A stretch of DNA of 64,000 nt, from NCBI GenBank assembly GCA_948467875.1, contig CAOKFZ010000001.1:61889-125888 (forward strand), read 5' to 3'. Every line of letters starts with the position of its first letter. Positions within the stretch are counted from its first letter, which is position 1. The notes below the pieces were generated by a model. That model did no database searches, was not told the DNA's origin, and was given only the letters and a program-made list of their open reading frames with translations. The stretch comes from an uncultured Clostridium sp. GTDB lineage: Bacteria; Bacillota; Clostridia; TANB77; CAG-508. Positions 10,624-21,302 of the stretch are shown here, one piece after another. The translations under genes were made by a program, and so were the position numbers.

Positions 10624-11838
10624 TTATACATTAATATCCTTTCCCTCTAATAACCAATCTATCACATTTTTATGAATCATTCCATCTTGCGAAAAATCAA
10701 ATTTATCCATTGTTAAAACATATTTTGGATAATTATCTTCAATTCCCTTAAAAGCCCCAAATTCTCTTTGAACAACAGAATCATCTGCCAAAATATAAGC
10801 TACTTGAATATAGATTTTTTCTTTAAATCTTGTTGCTATAAAATCTATCTCTCCCTTTTCTAAATTTCCTATTTTTACATCATAACCAGAAGATAGCAAC
10901 TCATTATAAACAATATTTTCTAAATAAGCTCCTAATTGCGGCCTTTTTCCAATATTCATAACTTGACCAAAACCTAAATCTGTTAAATAATATTTGTATT
11001 TACCATTCAAAATTCTTTTTCCTCTAACATCATAGCGATCTGCTTTATTAATAATCATCGCTTTTGTCATATATTCTAAATAGTTATATAAAGTAATTTT
11101 AGCAACTTCTCTATCATCTTTATTGGCAAAATAATTCGATAAACTTTCCGCCGAAAAATTCTGTGACGGTGTTGTAACAATATATTCTACAATGCGATTA
11201 AATAAATCCAAGTCTTTTATATTAAATCTAGCAATAATATCTTTCACTAAAATAGAATTATAAACATCTGATAAATAAGTTCTTGTCTGAATTTCATCTG
11301 TCATCATAAATCTCTGTGGCATTCCGCCCCAAATCATATAATCTTCAAAAGCCTCCTCTATCTGCTTTCTATCCGTTAAGTTTCTTAATTCACATACTTC
11401 TTTAAAAGTAAATGGATAGGTTTTGAAACTTACATATCTTCCTGCTATATGTGTTGCAAGTTCCCCAGACAGCAAGTCACTATTAGAGCCTGTTATAAAA
11501 ATCGATACATTTTTAGATGCCTTAAATGAATTAACAGCTTTTTCCCAATGTTCAACATTTTGAATCTCATCAAAAAACAAATAATACTTGTCTTCATTTA
11601 CTATTTTTTCTTTGATAAACTCATGTAAATTTCTATCATTTTTGATAAAAGCATAATCTTCATATTCAAAATTGATATAAATAATCTGAGATTCTGGTAT
11701 GCCTTTTTCTTTAAGCTCCTCTATGATTTGTAACAAAATAACTGATTTTCCACATCTTCTCACTCCCATTATAACCTTAATTAAATCTTGGTCATAAAAT
11801 GGTCTAATTTTAGATAAATATCTTTCACGAATAATCAT
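10624..11838 (-). CDS. AAA+ superfamily ATPase (COG1373 / DUF4143-containing)
   Basis: A Walker A site GVRRCGKS and the motif LFFDEIQ are present. Length and composition are typical of this widespread family. Confidence 0.65.
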   Translation of the reverse strand: MIIRERYLSKIRPFYDQDLIKVIMGVRRCGKSVILLQIIEELKEKGIPESQIIYINFEYEDYAFIKNDRNLHEFIKEKIVNEDKYYLFFDEIQNVEHWEKAVNSFKASKNVSIFITGSNSDLLSGELATHIAGRYVSFKTYPFTFKEVCELRNLTDRKQIEEAFEDYMIWGGMPQRFMMTDEIQTRTYLSDVYNSILVKDIIARFNIKDLDLFNRIVEYIVTTPSQNFSAESLSNYFANKDDREVAKITLYNYLEYMTKAMIINKADRYDVRGKRILNGKYKYYLTDLGFGQVMNIGKRPQLGAYLENIVYNELLSSGYDVKIGNLEKGEIDFIATRFKEKIYIQVAYILADDSVVQREFGAFKGIEDNYPKYVLTMDKFDFSQDGMIHKNVIDWLLEGKDINV

Positions 11839-11972
11839 AATTTTCTCCCCTTTTTATGATAGCATATTTCTTTCTTTTTGTCAAATTTGTTTTTTGTACT
11901 AAACAAAAATATAATTAATTTTAGTTTTGTTTAGTTTGCTTTTTATGTATTAAAGGGTATTTTTATTTTTTC

Positions 11973-12641
11973 TTACGCATTTTTTCGATTAATTGTAATA
12001 TCACTAATTTCAATTTGTTTTGGCAGACTCAAAAGAGAAAACATTAATTTCGCAATTTCCTTTGGGTCCATCCATTCTTCAGGATGCTCGATTTCCTTGC
12101 CAGTATATTTTGCAAATATTCTTGTATTCATACCACCAACATTAAATTGAATGACACGGCTTCGATACTTTTTTAATTCCTCTTGCAAATTATAACTCGT
12201 TCCTCGAATGCCCCATTTTGAAGCAGTATAAGCCAATTGTTCAGGATAACCTGCCTTAGTTCCACAGGTTGAGCCAACATTTAAAATATCTGTTCCACTT
12301 TGTTTGATTACGTCCATCAATTGACTTGTCAAAAAAATTGGTGCCAACAAATTAACACGCATCAAATTCTCTATTTCGTCAAACGTAATATCTTCCAATT
12401 TTTGCGCACTCATAATACCAGCACAATTCACCAATATATCAATTTGGCTATATTGTTCTTGGATTTGCTGACAAGCACTTTGGATTGATTTTTCGCTCCT
12501 CAAATCTGTTTGCAAAAACACGCATTCATAATCTGGTTTGGTTCTGCACAAAGCAATCACATTCATTTCATTTTGTACGCATAACTCGCCAAATGCTTTT
12601 CCCAATCCATCACTGGCACCTGTTAAAACAACATTTTTCAT
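11973..12641 (-). CDS. SDR-family oxidoreductase
   Basis: Carries the TGASDGLG Rossmann motif and a catalytic YTASK (YxxxK) motif. Confidence 0.7.
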   Translation of the reverse strand: MKNVVLTGASDGLGKAFGELCVQNEMNVIALCRTKPDYECVFLQTDLRSEKSIQSACQQIQEQYSQIDILVNCAGIMSAQKLEDITFDEIENLMRVNLLAPIFLTSQLMDVIKQSGTDILNVGSTCGTKAGYPEQLAYTASKWGIRGTSYNLQEELKKYRSRVIQFNVGGMNTRIFAKYTGKEIEHPEEWMDPKEIAKLMFSLLSLPKQIEISDITINRKNA

Positions 12642-13084
12642 TCTTTTTCTCCTTCTTCTAAAAATTTCCTTAAATCATTCTTGTCCTTAAAAATTTTATC
12701 AAAAATCAAATATAACGAATCTGTTACATCATATTCTCCAATGGCATAACATTTTTTGCCCATCCCATATGCAATCCCTGCTTCTATATGGGCTGACTTC
12801 CCTGCAGGTAGAACCAGCAAAAAATTTTTCGATTTTTTCTCGCCTTCCATATCAGCCTCAAAAATCGTTTGCACAGCATGACTATCCAGCGCCATACTTT
12901 CAAATTTTTGTGCCAAATCTTCTGGTTGTTCATTTACATCTAACCCTGCTTTTTCGTGAGATTTCTCATTTTTAAGAAAGCAATAATGCGAGATTTTCAA
13001 ATCCTCCAAAACATCACAAATCTCTAAAATTTTTTCTTTATTTCTCATTCTTCCTGCAACATAAAACTCATATATTTCTTCCAT
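12638..13084 (-). CDS. Nucleoside 2-deoxyribosyltransferase-like protein
   Basis: FYVAG and LVLPAGKSAHIEAGIAYGMGK resemble the NDT motifs YLAGPFF and DSGTAFELGYA. It overlaps the SDR gene by 4 nt. Confidence 0.45.
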   Translation of the reverse strand: MEEIYEFYVAGRMRNKEKILEICDVLEDLKISHYCFLKNEKSHEKAGLDVNEQPEDLAQKFESMALDSHAVQTIFEADMEGEKKSKNFLLVLPAGKSAHIEAGIAYGMGKKCYAIGEYDVTDSLYLIFDKIFKDKNDLRKFLEEGEKE

Positions 13085-13101
13085 CTATTTTTCCTTTTAC
13101 T

Positions 13102-14220
13102 TTAATTTTTTACTATTTTTTTTATCTCTTCATAAATTTTTTCTTCCACATCCTGTGGCGCAATTTTATTGGCTGCTTTTCCCATTTTCTCTAGCTTTGT
13201 TTTATCTTTGATTACATCATCAATTTCGCTCGCCAACTTTTCTCCTGTTAATTCTTGATTTAAAACAATTTTAGCAGCACCTAATTTCTCTAAAACACGT
13301 GCATTATCTTCCTGTCGGTTGGCTGACTTTGATGGCAATGGCACAAAAATAGCTGGCTTCGAACAAATTGAAAGTTCCGTAATGGTCATCGCTCCACTTC
13401 TGCAAATAACTAAATCTGCTATATTAATTAATTCCTCCATATTATAAATATAGGGCAAAACTTTGACATCCTTCAAATTCTTAATTGACATGCTACTTTT
13501 TTCAAAATTTTCTTTTACGATATCATATTGATTGCGACCTGTCGCCCAAATAATCTGATAGTCTTGATTTAATTTTCCTTTTACTAAATCCACAATTGCT
13601 TCATTAATTTTTTGCGCCCCTTGGCTTCCACCAAAAATAAGCACAATTGGCAAATCATTTTTGATACCTAAATCACTCAAAATTTCTTTTTTCTCATTTT
13701 GAAAAATTGTTTGTTTCCTTATTTTCGTAGGATTCCCCGTCACAACCACTTTTTTTGCATTTTGCATTCTTTCTTTCGCCTCTTCAAATCCCACCAAAAC
13801 ACAATCCACTTTTTTCGCCAAAAACTTTATTGCCTTTCCAGGATAAGCATTGCTTTCGTGAAGCACAGTTGGAACTTTCTTGGAAAGAGCAGCCAAAAAC
13901 ACAGGCCCACAAATATAACCACCTGTTCCAAGCACCAAATCTGGCTGAAATTCGTCTATGATTTTCTCGACTTCATTTTTACTCTTAAACGTACTTAAAA
14001 TATGCTTAAAATTCGTCATTGATAGTTCTTTTTTCAAACCATATGCTTCAATTCTTTTTAGCTCAAAACTACTACGTGGCACCAAATCATTTTCTAATCC
14101 ATGATTGGTTCCAATGAAAATAATTTCCGAATTTGGTTCTTTTTCGCGTATTTTATTTGAAATAGCAATGGCTGGATTGATATGTCCTGCCGTACCTGCT
14201 GCTGAAACAATAACTCTCAT
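13102..14220 (-). CDS. murG: UDP-GlcNAc:lipid I N-acetylglucosaminyltransferase
   Basis: AGGTAGHINPAIA lies at the N-terminus. 372 aa. It lies within the dcw cluster. Confidence 0.85.
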   Translation of the reverse strand: MRVIVSAAGTAGHINPAIAISNKIREKEPNSEIIFIGTNHGLENDLVPRSSFELKRIEAYGLKKELSMTNFKHILSTFKSKNEVEKIIDEFQPDLVLGTGGYICGPVFLAALSKKVPTVLHESNAYPGKAIKFLAKKVDCVLVGFEEAKERMQNAKKVVVTGNPTKIRKQTIFQNEKKEILSDLGIKNDLPIVLIFGGSQGAQKINEAIVDLVKGKLNQDYQIIWATGRNQYDIVKENFEKSSMSIKNLKDVKVLPYIYNMEELINIADLVICRSGAMTITELSICSKPAIFVPLPSKSANRQEDNARVLEKLGAAKIVLNQELTGEKLASEIDDVIKDKTKLEKMGKAANKIAPQDVEEKIYEEIKKIVKN

Positions 14221-14259
14221 ACTTTCTCCTTTATGTAAATTATTTTTTTCAATTCTATT

Positions 14260-15428
14260 TTATTTCGTGGTTCGAGAAATATTAAGCAAAATTCCAACTG
14301 CCATTAGATTTGCAATCAAAGAAGTTCCACCATAACTGAAAAATGGAAGTGGCATTCCTGTCACTGGAATAGTCCCTGTCACAACCGCAATATTTACCAT
14401 TGCTTGCAATCCTAGCATAGTAACAATTCCAATTGCAATCAAACAGCCAAAATTGTCTTTCGCTCGCATACTAATTACAACACCTCGCCACACAAAAATG
14501 GTAAACAATAGAATCACAGCAACACAGCCTACAAATCCTAATTCTTCTGCCAACACCGAAAAAATGAAATCATTATGTGGTTCTGGTAAATATAAATATT
14601 TTTGCTTACTATTTCCCAAACCTACTCCAAATAATCCGCCAGAACCAATCGCATACCAACTTTGAATAATTTGCCATCCATCACCTGTTGGATCAGAAAA
14701 TGGATCTAACCATGTTTGGATTCTAGAACTTCTAAAATCTGTTCCAAGTGTCAAACTCCCATTTTTAGCAATAATTGCTCCGCGCACCTACAACTAATCC
14801 CACTAAACCAGTAAGAAAAAAATGTGAAATTTTCGTTCCTGCCACAAACATTTGCACAATTGTCACAACACTAATAATAAAAGTTGCACTAAAATGATTT
14901 TGCAAAATCAAAATTGTTACCACAATTGGTCCTATAAATAAGATTGGATACAAAAATCCATAGCGATATAGTTTCATTTTTCCATGTTCTTTGACATCTG
15001 ATAAAATCGCTGCAAAAAACAGAATAAATCCTATTTTAGCAAACTCAGATGGCTGAAAATTCATTCCTGCAATAACAATCCATCGCTTTGCTCCGATTAG
15101 CTCCTGTTCCAAAAAAAGCAACCAGTAACAAAAAAGTAATACATACGATATAAATTAGCCATTTAAACTTCCTGAAAATATGATAGTCTATCTTAGAACA
15201 TGCATACATCACGCACAAACCAATGGCTGCCGAAATTGCCTGCTTGCTTACATATTTATAACTATTTCCTGTTTCCGATAAAGCTGATGGTGCACTTGCC
15301 GATAATACCATAATTAGTCCAAATGCAACCAAAATCATAACGGTAATCCATATCGTATAGTCCATCGAACCTTTGGTTAATAAACTAAATTTCTTTTTTG
15401 ACTTTTGTATTTTCTTCGTCATGCACAA
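14260..15428 (-). CDS. ftsW: FtsW/SpoVE-family peptidoglycan polymerase, split into three ORFs by two frame breaks
   Basis: The three pieces (15045-15428, 14765-15121, 14260-14787) together give a SEDS protein with motifs such as FQPSEFAKI and LPFFSYGGTS. The break regions overlap. Confidence 0.75.
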
Positions 15429-15472
15429 GAACTCCTTCCTTTTCCTTCACGCTTTTATATCTATTCGGAAAT

Positions 15473-15535
15473 ATCTTTGATATTTCTAATATCTCTGATA
15501 TCTCTAATATCTTTGATATCTCTAATATTTCTAAT
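15473..15535. repeat. Seven tandem copies of a 9-bp unit ATYTYTRAT, immediately upstream of ftsW
   Basis: The units read ATCTTTGAT ATTTCTAAT ATCTCTGAT ATCTCTAAT ATCTTTGAT ATCTCTAAT ATTTCTAAT. Confidence 0.8.
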
Positions 15536-15542
15536 AGATATA

Positions 15543-15579
15543 GGCGAGCGAAATTTTGCGTGGCAAAATTTCTCACGCT
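15543..15579. repeat. Palindromic intergenic repeat (family copy A), just after the mraY stop
   Basis: GGCGAGCGAAATTTTGCGTGGCAAAATTTCTCACGCT. Related copies occur at 48693-48735 and 55517-55552. Confidence 0.6.
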
Positions 15580-15582
15580 TCT

Positions 15583-16555
15583 TTATATTGCCAATATTCC
15601 TACAACAGAAGCAAGCAGTGTGACTAGCGAAAATACACCAACCACTCTATTTTCACGCCAACCAGTAAGTTCAAAATGATGATGCAATGGCGCCATTCGA
15701 AACAATCTTTTTCCAGTTCTTCTAAAGTACATAACTTGCAAAATATCAGATAGGGTTTCTAAAATTGGAATAATTGCAATAATGAGTAAAAAAAGTGGTA
15801 TTTGCAAATAAATTGCCATACTTGAAATTACGCCACCGAAGCAAGAGTGAGCCAGTATCTCCCATCATCACTTTCGCCTTATGAAAATTATACACTAGAA
15901 ATCCTAAACAGGTTCCAATGGTTATACTACCTAAAATAGAAACTTCGATATAATCTAGTTTCATAGCAATAATTGAAATCGCAGTCAGCATAATAGCACA
16001 TACACTTGCCGCCAAGCCATCCACACCATCTGTCAAATTCACTGCATTTGTGCTACTAAGCATTACCAAAATCGTAAATGGAATAAATAGCCAATTAGGC
16101 AAGTTCAACTTTTCCTCCATAAATGGCACCATAAGTTCTGTCCCAATATTGGCATACTCACTCAAAAAAATTGTATACACAGTTGCCACAATTAAAAGTC
16201 CTAACATTTTCAATTTGGGATTTAAACCTTCTGTATTATGCAACACAACTTTTTTGAAATCATCCATAAATCCAACCAAGCCAAACCCTAAGCTTGCAAT
16301 AGAAATCATAAGCACTGGTCTCACAAATTCACTTTCTCGATTGAGAAAACAAGCAACCGCCAAAACAATCACGATTGCTAGCATCATCATAATTCCTCCC
16401 ATAGTTGGAGTTCCTTGTTTTTTCAAATGAGAACGTGGTCCATCTTCTCTCTCACTTTGCCCTACTTTTAACTTTTTCAAAATTGGTATGATAAATTTCC
16501 CTAAAATTGCAGTTATTATAAAAGTCGAAATTAAATATATAATTTGTACACTCAT
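15583..16555 (-). CDS. mraY: Phospho-N-acetylmuramoyl-pentapeptide transferase, split by one frame break near 15820-15850
   Basis: The two ORFs (15746-16555, 15583-15819) overlap. Motifs include NAVNLTDGVDGLA and MGDTGSL. Confidence 0.85.
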
Positions 16556-16563
16556 AAAATCTC

Positions 16564-18036
16564 CTATTTATTTTTTAAGATTTCCTTCACAATTTTGCGC
16601 TCATCAAATTCATGTTTTACGCCATTTATTTCTTGATAAGTTTCATGTCCTTTTCCTGCCAAAATGACAATATCTCTTTTACCTGCCATATCAATTGCCT
16701 CTTTAATCGCCTCTTTTCGGTCCACCACAATTTTATAATTTCCTTTTGTTTTTTTAATTCCTTCTTCAATATCTTGAATAATCGCTTCTGGATTTTCGGT
16801 TCGTGGATTATCCGTCGTAACAAAAGAAAAATCTGCTAAACGACCTGCTACTTCTCCCATTTCAGGGCGTTTCGTCTGGTCTCTATCCCCTCCACAACCA
16901 AACACACAAATCACTTTTCCTGGTGCTGTGTAGGCTTTAATGGAAGTCAAAATATTTTCCAAACTTTCCGCTGTGTGGGCATAATCAATCATAATCGTGA
17001 GTTCTTTATCATTTGGCACCAACTCATTTCTGCCCGGAATCACAATATTTGCCAAGCCTTCTTTAATCTGCTCCTTATCAATTCCCATCGAAAGTGCTAC
17101 TGAAATCGCCGCTAAACTATTATACACACTAAATCTTCCTGGAATATTCACTTTCACTCTTTCATTTTTTTGCCCTAATTTCACTTTAAAATCCACACTA
17201 CTATTCGTAATCGTAATATCCTTGGCAATTAAATTGGAAGAATTATCAATGGAATAAGTTTTGATTTCGCAGTTTTTGGCTTGATAAATCAATCTTTCAC
17301 ATTTGAAATCATCACTATTGGCAAAACCTTTTGGCGCCATCTCAAACAATTTCAATTTACTATTAAAATAATCATCCATATCTGTATGTTCTTTTAAACT
17401 AATATGGTCTTTTGAAAAATTCGTAAATACCGCCATATCAAAATGACAACCATCCACACGATGCATTTTTAGGCTTTGCGAAGAAACTTCCATGACCACA
17501 TAATCCATTTTAGCCACTGCCATTTTGTAAAACAATTCTTGCAATTCCAATGCTTCTGGTGTCGTACGACTACTTTCAGAAATCATATCTTCTCCCATAT
17601 AATTAGCAACTGTTCCAATTAAACCAACTTTGTATCCTGCTTTCTCTAAAATAGATTTAATCATATAGGTTGTTGTGGTTTTTCCTTTAGTTCCTGTTAC
17701 CCCAATCAATTTAAAATAGCGAGAAGGATTTTTATAAAAGTTACATGCCATTTTCGCAATCGCTACTCTTGAATTATCCGTCAAAACCACTGTCATATCT
17801 TTTGGCAAATGGATAGATTTTAAATCTGCTGAAATATCCAACACCACCGCAATTGCTCCATTTTTAATCGCTTCTTCCACATATTCATGCCCATCAAAAT
17901 CATACCCTTTGATTGCCACAAAAAGCGAACCCTGTTGTACGGATTTTGAATTACTTTCGATTGACTTTATCTCTAATTCAGAATCGCCTTTTATTTTAAA
18001 ATTCTCAATTCCTGCTAATAATTCTTTTAACTTCAT
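16564..18036 (-). CDS. murE: UDP-MurNAc-L-Ala-D-Glu:2,6-diaminopimelate (or lysine) ligase
   Basis: The N-terminus LFVAIKGYDFDGHEY..AIKNGAIAVV and the P-loop GVTGTKGKTTTT are present. 490 aa. Confidence 0.85.
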   Translation of the reverse strand: MKLKELLAGIENFKIKGDSELEIKSIESNSKSVQQGSLFVAIKGYDFDGHEYVEEAIKNGAIAVVLDISADLKSIHLPKDMTVVLTDNSRVAIAKMACNFYKNPSRYFKLIGVTGTKGKTTTTYMIKSILEKAGYKVGLIGTVANYMGEDMISESSRTTPEALELQELFYKMAVAKMDYVVMEVSSQSLKMHRVDGCHFDMAVFTNFSKDHISLKEHTDMDDYFNSKLKLFEMAPKGFANSDDFKCERLIYQAKNCEIKTYSIDNSSNLIAKDITITNSSVDFKVKLGQKNERVKVNIPGRFSVYNSLAAISVALSMGIDKEQIKEGLANIVIPGRNELVPNDKELTIMIDYAHTAESLENILTSIKAYTAPGKVICVFGCGGDRDQTKRPEMGEVAGRLADFSFVTTDNPRTENPEAIIQDIEEGIKKTKGNYKIVVDRKEAIKEAIDMAGKRDIVILAGKGHETYQEINGVKHEFDERKIVKEILKNK

Positions 18037-18194
18037 TTGTTTATCAATCCTTTCTATTCACAATATAGCCACTATTTCAAAAAGATAGATGTAGGCATCT
18101 GCCCCCTACTTTTTTCTCTTTATTATATATCAAAAAATTGATTTTGTATAGCAAAATCGAAAAAATATTTTCTTACTTTAATTCTATTAATTTT

Positions 18195-19181
18195 CTAAAT
18201 ATTTATGCGAGAAATTATTTTTTCAATTTCTTCTATTGTCTCATGCAAAATATCCACTCTCACAAAATCCACCTGCAAACCTTTTGCACTCTGCTGCAAA
18301 GGCCTTGAATGAAAAATTTTTGTATGACAATTAACCACATCTGCAACCACAGGAAAAACAAAATTTTTTCTATCTTGCAATTCATAATTTCCCTTTTGAC
18401 AAGCCATTTTGCAATCTCCGTTTTTGCCAATTGGACAATACTTTGAAGTCATTAGACAAGTTCTGCCATACACCACCAATTCTCTTTCCAAACCTGTGCA
18501 AAACTGCTGTATTTCATTTTTGTCAAGTTCTGGCGAAATTGTAAAACGCTTGACACCCAAATCCTGCAAAACTTTTTCTGACAAATAATTCGTAATATTT
18601 AAAGAATAATCTGCCACTATTTTTTTATCTATTTTCATTCGTTCTAACATCTCAATTTGTGATAAATGCGTAATTTGTATTGCTTTGACTTTTTCCAAAA
18701 CTTGCTTATTTTCTTCAATTAATTTTTGATACCTCTCATCCACAATCGTTGGCAAAACTGCAATACAATCTCGCATTTCTTTAGCATCAATCAAATCCTT
18801 AAATGGCACATATATTTCATGATAATTCAAAGCAGAATAATCCATTCGGCTGTCAAATTTTTGTAAATACAAATTTACTTTCGGCTTCTTTTCCTGAAAT
18901 TTCTGCTTTGCTGGAACCTCTAAAACAATCTCCTTGCCCTTTTCCCTTAAAATGCTATTTTCTAAAGCCTTTTCAAACTTTTCTAAAGCGTCTCTTCTGA
19001 GCTGATTTAATGTGCTAACTGGCACTCCCAAATGTTCCACTTCGATATCAACTTGTTTCATACAAAAAAATGTATTTCCAGTTTTTTGAATTTGACACAA
19101 AATTCGTTCTTTGTCAAGTTCATTTACATCCGATTTTTGATACTTTATTAACGATTCTATGTTAATTTTATCATTGTACAC
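18195..19181 (-). CDS. C-terminal extension domain of the U32 peptidase (DUF3656-like), probably the same gene
   Basis: It overlaps the U32 ORF by 11 nt. The combined length of about 740 aa matches the long-form U32 proteins of Firmicutes. Confidence 0.45.
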   Translation of the reverse strand: MYNDKINIESLIKYQKSDVNELDKERILCQIQKTGNTFFCMKQVDIEVEHLGVPVSTLNQLRRDALEKFEKALENSILREKGKEIVLEVPAKQKFQEKKPKVNLYLQKFDSRMDYSALNYHEIYVPFKDLIDAKEMRDCIAVLPTIVDERYQKLIEENKQVLEKVKAIQITHLSQIEMLERMKIDKKIVADYSLNITNYLSEKVLQDLGVKRFTISPELDKNEIQQFCTGLERELVVYGRTCLMTSKYCPIGKNGDCKMACQKGNYELQDRKNFVFPVVADVVNCHTKIFHSRPLQQSAKGLQVDFVRVDILHETIEEIEKIISRINI

Positions 19182-20409
19182 CTCTAAGCATAGATTTTCT
19201 CCGTTTTTGATATAATTTACTTGAGATTTCTACTTTTTTAATCTCTTTTTGATAGATTTCCCACTGTTTTTTATTAAGTTGATTACTCACAATTCGATAA
19301 ACCTTATCTCCGAGTTTGATTTTTTCAATATTTTTGATTTCGCCAACACAGTTTCCATTTTTCACTTCCGAAATATAAGACGTATTTTCGCAAATATTAA
19401 TCACATCTCCTGTAAAAACCGGTTCTACCAAATCAAGAGCTATTTTTTTCTGCTTTTTGTCAATTCCTTTCACGTTTCCCACATATAACCCCAAATGATT
19501 TGGCTTTTCTTTGTAAACAATATTTTGCCTATTTTCAAAATATCCAGTTCCCATTCCTCCTCGATTATAAATTTGCAAAATTTGCTTCAAATCCTCTGGC
19601 TCAATTCTATATTCTTGTGTTTTATCTTTTGCCAAATCCAAATATTTTCGATACATTTTCGTCACAATCGAAACATATTCATAGGATTTCTTTCTGCCCT
19701 CGATTTTCAAGCTATCAATTCCGAGCTCCACTAATTGTGGTAAAATTTCTAAGGTACAAATATCTCTTGGGCTCAGCAAATAGCCACTTTCCTCTTTTTT
19801 TCCATTTTTTAATAAATGATAATTTAATCTGCATGGACCCGCACACAAACCACGATTTCCGCTTCTACCACCTACAATGCTGCTGAACAAACATTGACCA
19901 GAATAGGAAACACACAAAGCACCATGCCCAAAACATTCCAATTCCATATCCGTATTTTTTCGGATTTCTGCAATTTCTTGCAAAGACAATTCTCTGGCTA
20001 AAACTGCTCGTTTAAAACCCAACTTTTGCATCCATTTTACGCCATCTAAATTAGAAATCGTCATTTGTGTACTACAATGAATTGGCAAATTAGGAAAGCA
20101 TTTGATTAGTTCCATGCCAAACCCAATATCTTGCACAATAATTGCTGAAACGCCGCATTGATAAGCAAATTCCGCTAACTCTAAAGCCTCCTTTAATTCT
20201 GCCTGATACAATAAAGTATTGAGCGTCAAATGTACGTCTACTCCTCGCTTTCGCGCATATAAAATTGCTTTTTCTAATTCTGTTTTGTCAAAATTCTGCG
20301 CGCCTGCTCTGGCGTTAAATGAATTGGCTCCTAAATAAACTGCATCTGCACCATTTTGCACAGCAGCGATTAAATTATCAAAATTGCCCACTGGCGATAA
20401 TAATTCCAT
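19171..20409 (-). CDS. Peptidase U32 family protein (catalytic domain)
   Basis: Conserved cysteine cluster reads CFGHGALCVSYSGQC...CAGPC. 412 aa. Confidence 0.75.
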   Translation of the reverse strand: MELLSPVGNFDNLIAAVQNGADAVYLGANSFNARAGAQNFDKTELEKAILYARKRGVDVHLTLNTLLYQAELKEALELAEFAYQCGVSAIIVQDIGFGMELIKCFPNLPIHCSTQMTISNLDGVKWMQKLGFKRAVLARELSLQEIAEIRKNTDMELECFGHGALCVSYSGQCLFSSIVGGRSGNRGLCAGPCRLNYHLLKNGKKEESGYLLSPRDICTLEILPQLVELGIDSLKIEGRKKSYEYVSIVTKMYRKYLDLAKDKTQEYRIEPEDLKQILQIYNRGGMGTGYFENRQNIVYKEKPNHLGLYVGNVKGIDKKQKKIALDLVEPVFTGDVINICENTSYISEVKNGNCVGEIKNIEKIKLGDKVYRIVSNQLNKKQWEIYQKEIKKVEISSKLYQKRRKSMLRGVQ

Positions 20410-20439
20410 GTTATTTTTATTTCCTTTTCTTCATCTTTT

Positions 20440-21171
20440 TTACATATTCCAACCACCATTTATCTCGATTACTTGGCCTGTTGTATAATCGTCCTCTACC
20501 AACCATTTCACGCATTTGGCAACATCACTTGGTCTTCCAATTTTACCTAGTGGAATTTCGCTTTTTACTTGTTGCCAGTCTTCCGCAGATATTTGAGCTG
20601 TCATATCTGTTAAAATTGCACCTGGAGCAATACTGTTAACACGAATATTCGATAAGCCAAATTCTCTGGCAAGTGCTTTCGTCATCCCATTAATCGCTGC
20701 TTTGGAAGCTGAATAATGCACATCACATGAGCCACCACTAACACCATAAATTGACGAAATATTAATAATACAACCTTTTTTTTCATGCAACATATGCTTT
20801 AGAACTTCTTGACTACAGCAAAACACAGAATATAAATTATTTTGCATCATATGGTTCCAGTCATCATCGGTTATATCCAAAAACATCTTCTCATCATCAA
20901 TCCCTGCATTATTAATAAGTACATCGATTTTCCCATATTGATTTATCACAAAATCCACCATTTTATGCACTTCTTCTCTTTGAGACACATCGCACTTAAA
21001 AATGTCAATCTCGAACCCAGCTTCTTTTAACTCATTTCTCAAATGCAAAGCTGCTTCAGATGACTGATTATAATTAGCAATGACTTGATATTCACTTTGG
21101 GCAAGCGTTTTTGCTATTTCTCGTCCAATTCCACGTGATGCCCCTGTTACAAGAATTACTTTTTTCTCCAT
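20440..21171 (-). CDS. SDR-family reductase (FabG-like 3-oxoacyl-ACP reductase family)
   Basis: Carries GASRGIG and the catalytic YSASK motif. 243 aa. Confidence 0.65.
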   Translation of the reverse strand: MEKKVILVTGASRGIGREIAKTLAQSEYQVIANYNQSSEAALHLRNELKEAGFEIDIFKCDVSQREEVHKMVDFVINQYGKIDVLINNAGIDDEKMFLDITDDDWNHMMQNNLYSVFCCSQEVLKHMLHEKKGCIINISSIYGVSGGSCDVHYSASKAAINGMTKALAREFGLSNIRVNSIAPGAILTDMTAQISAEDWQQVKSEIPLGKIGRPSDVAKCVKWLVEDDYTTGQVIEINGGWNM

Positions 21172-21260
21172 ATTCTTCTCCTCTTCGTTGTCTAATCATA
21201 TCATAAAAAAATTTTCTCGTCAATTTCAAAATGCTATTGATAAATTTGAATTCCACATAC

Positions 21261-21299
21261 AAAAAACGTTATTGCTTTCTAGTCACAATAACGTTTTTC
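21261..21299. terminator. Intrinsic terminator downstream of lexA
   Basis: The stem AACGTTATTG / CAATAACGTT is flanked by an A-run and a T-run. Confidence 0.6.
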
Positions 21300-21302
21300 T
21301 GC

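Noticed and set aside
15385-15679. ORFs encoding LEILEISKILEISEILEISKI and SLISLISLISLI
   Set aside because: They are translations of the 9-bp tandem repeat array in the mraY-ftsW spacer and are not genes.
18087-18118. Hairpin GTAGG-N9-CCTAC with a flanking T-run between the U32 peptidase and murE
   Set aside because: The stem is short (5 bp) and the context is ambiguous. It is a possible terminator or attenuator but too weak to call as a feature.
19171-19181. 11-nt overlap of the two U32 ORFs, considered as evidence for two separate genes
   Set aside because: Given the frameshift density in this window and the long-form U32 proteins of Firmicutes, a single frameshifted gene is more likely. 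The two parts were kept as separate features only because the break was not traced at nucleotide level.
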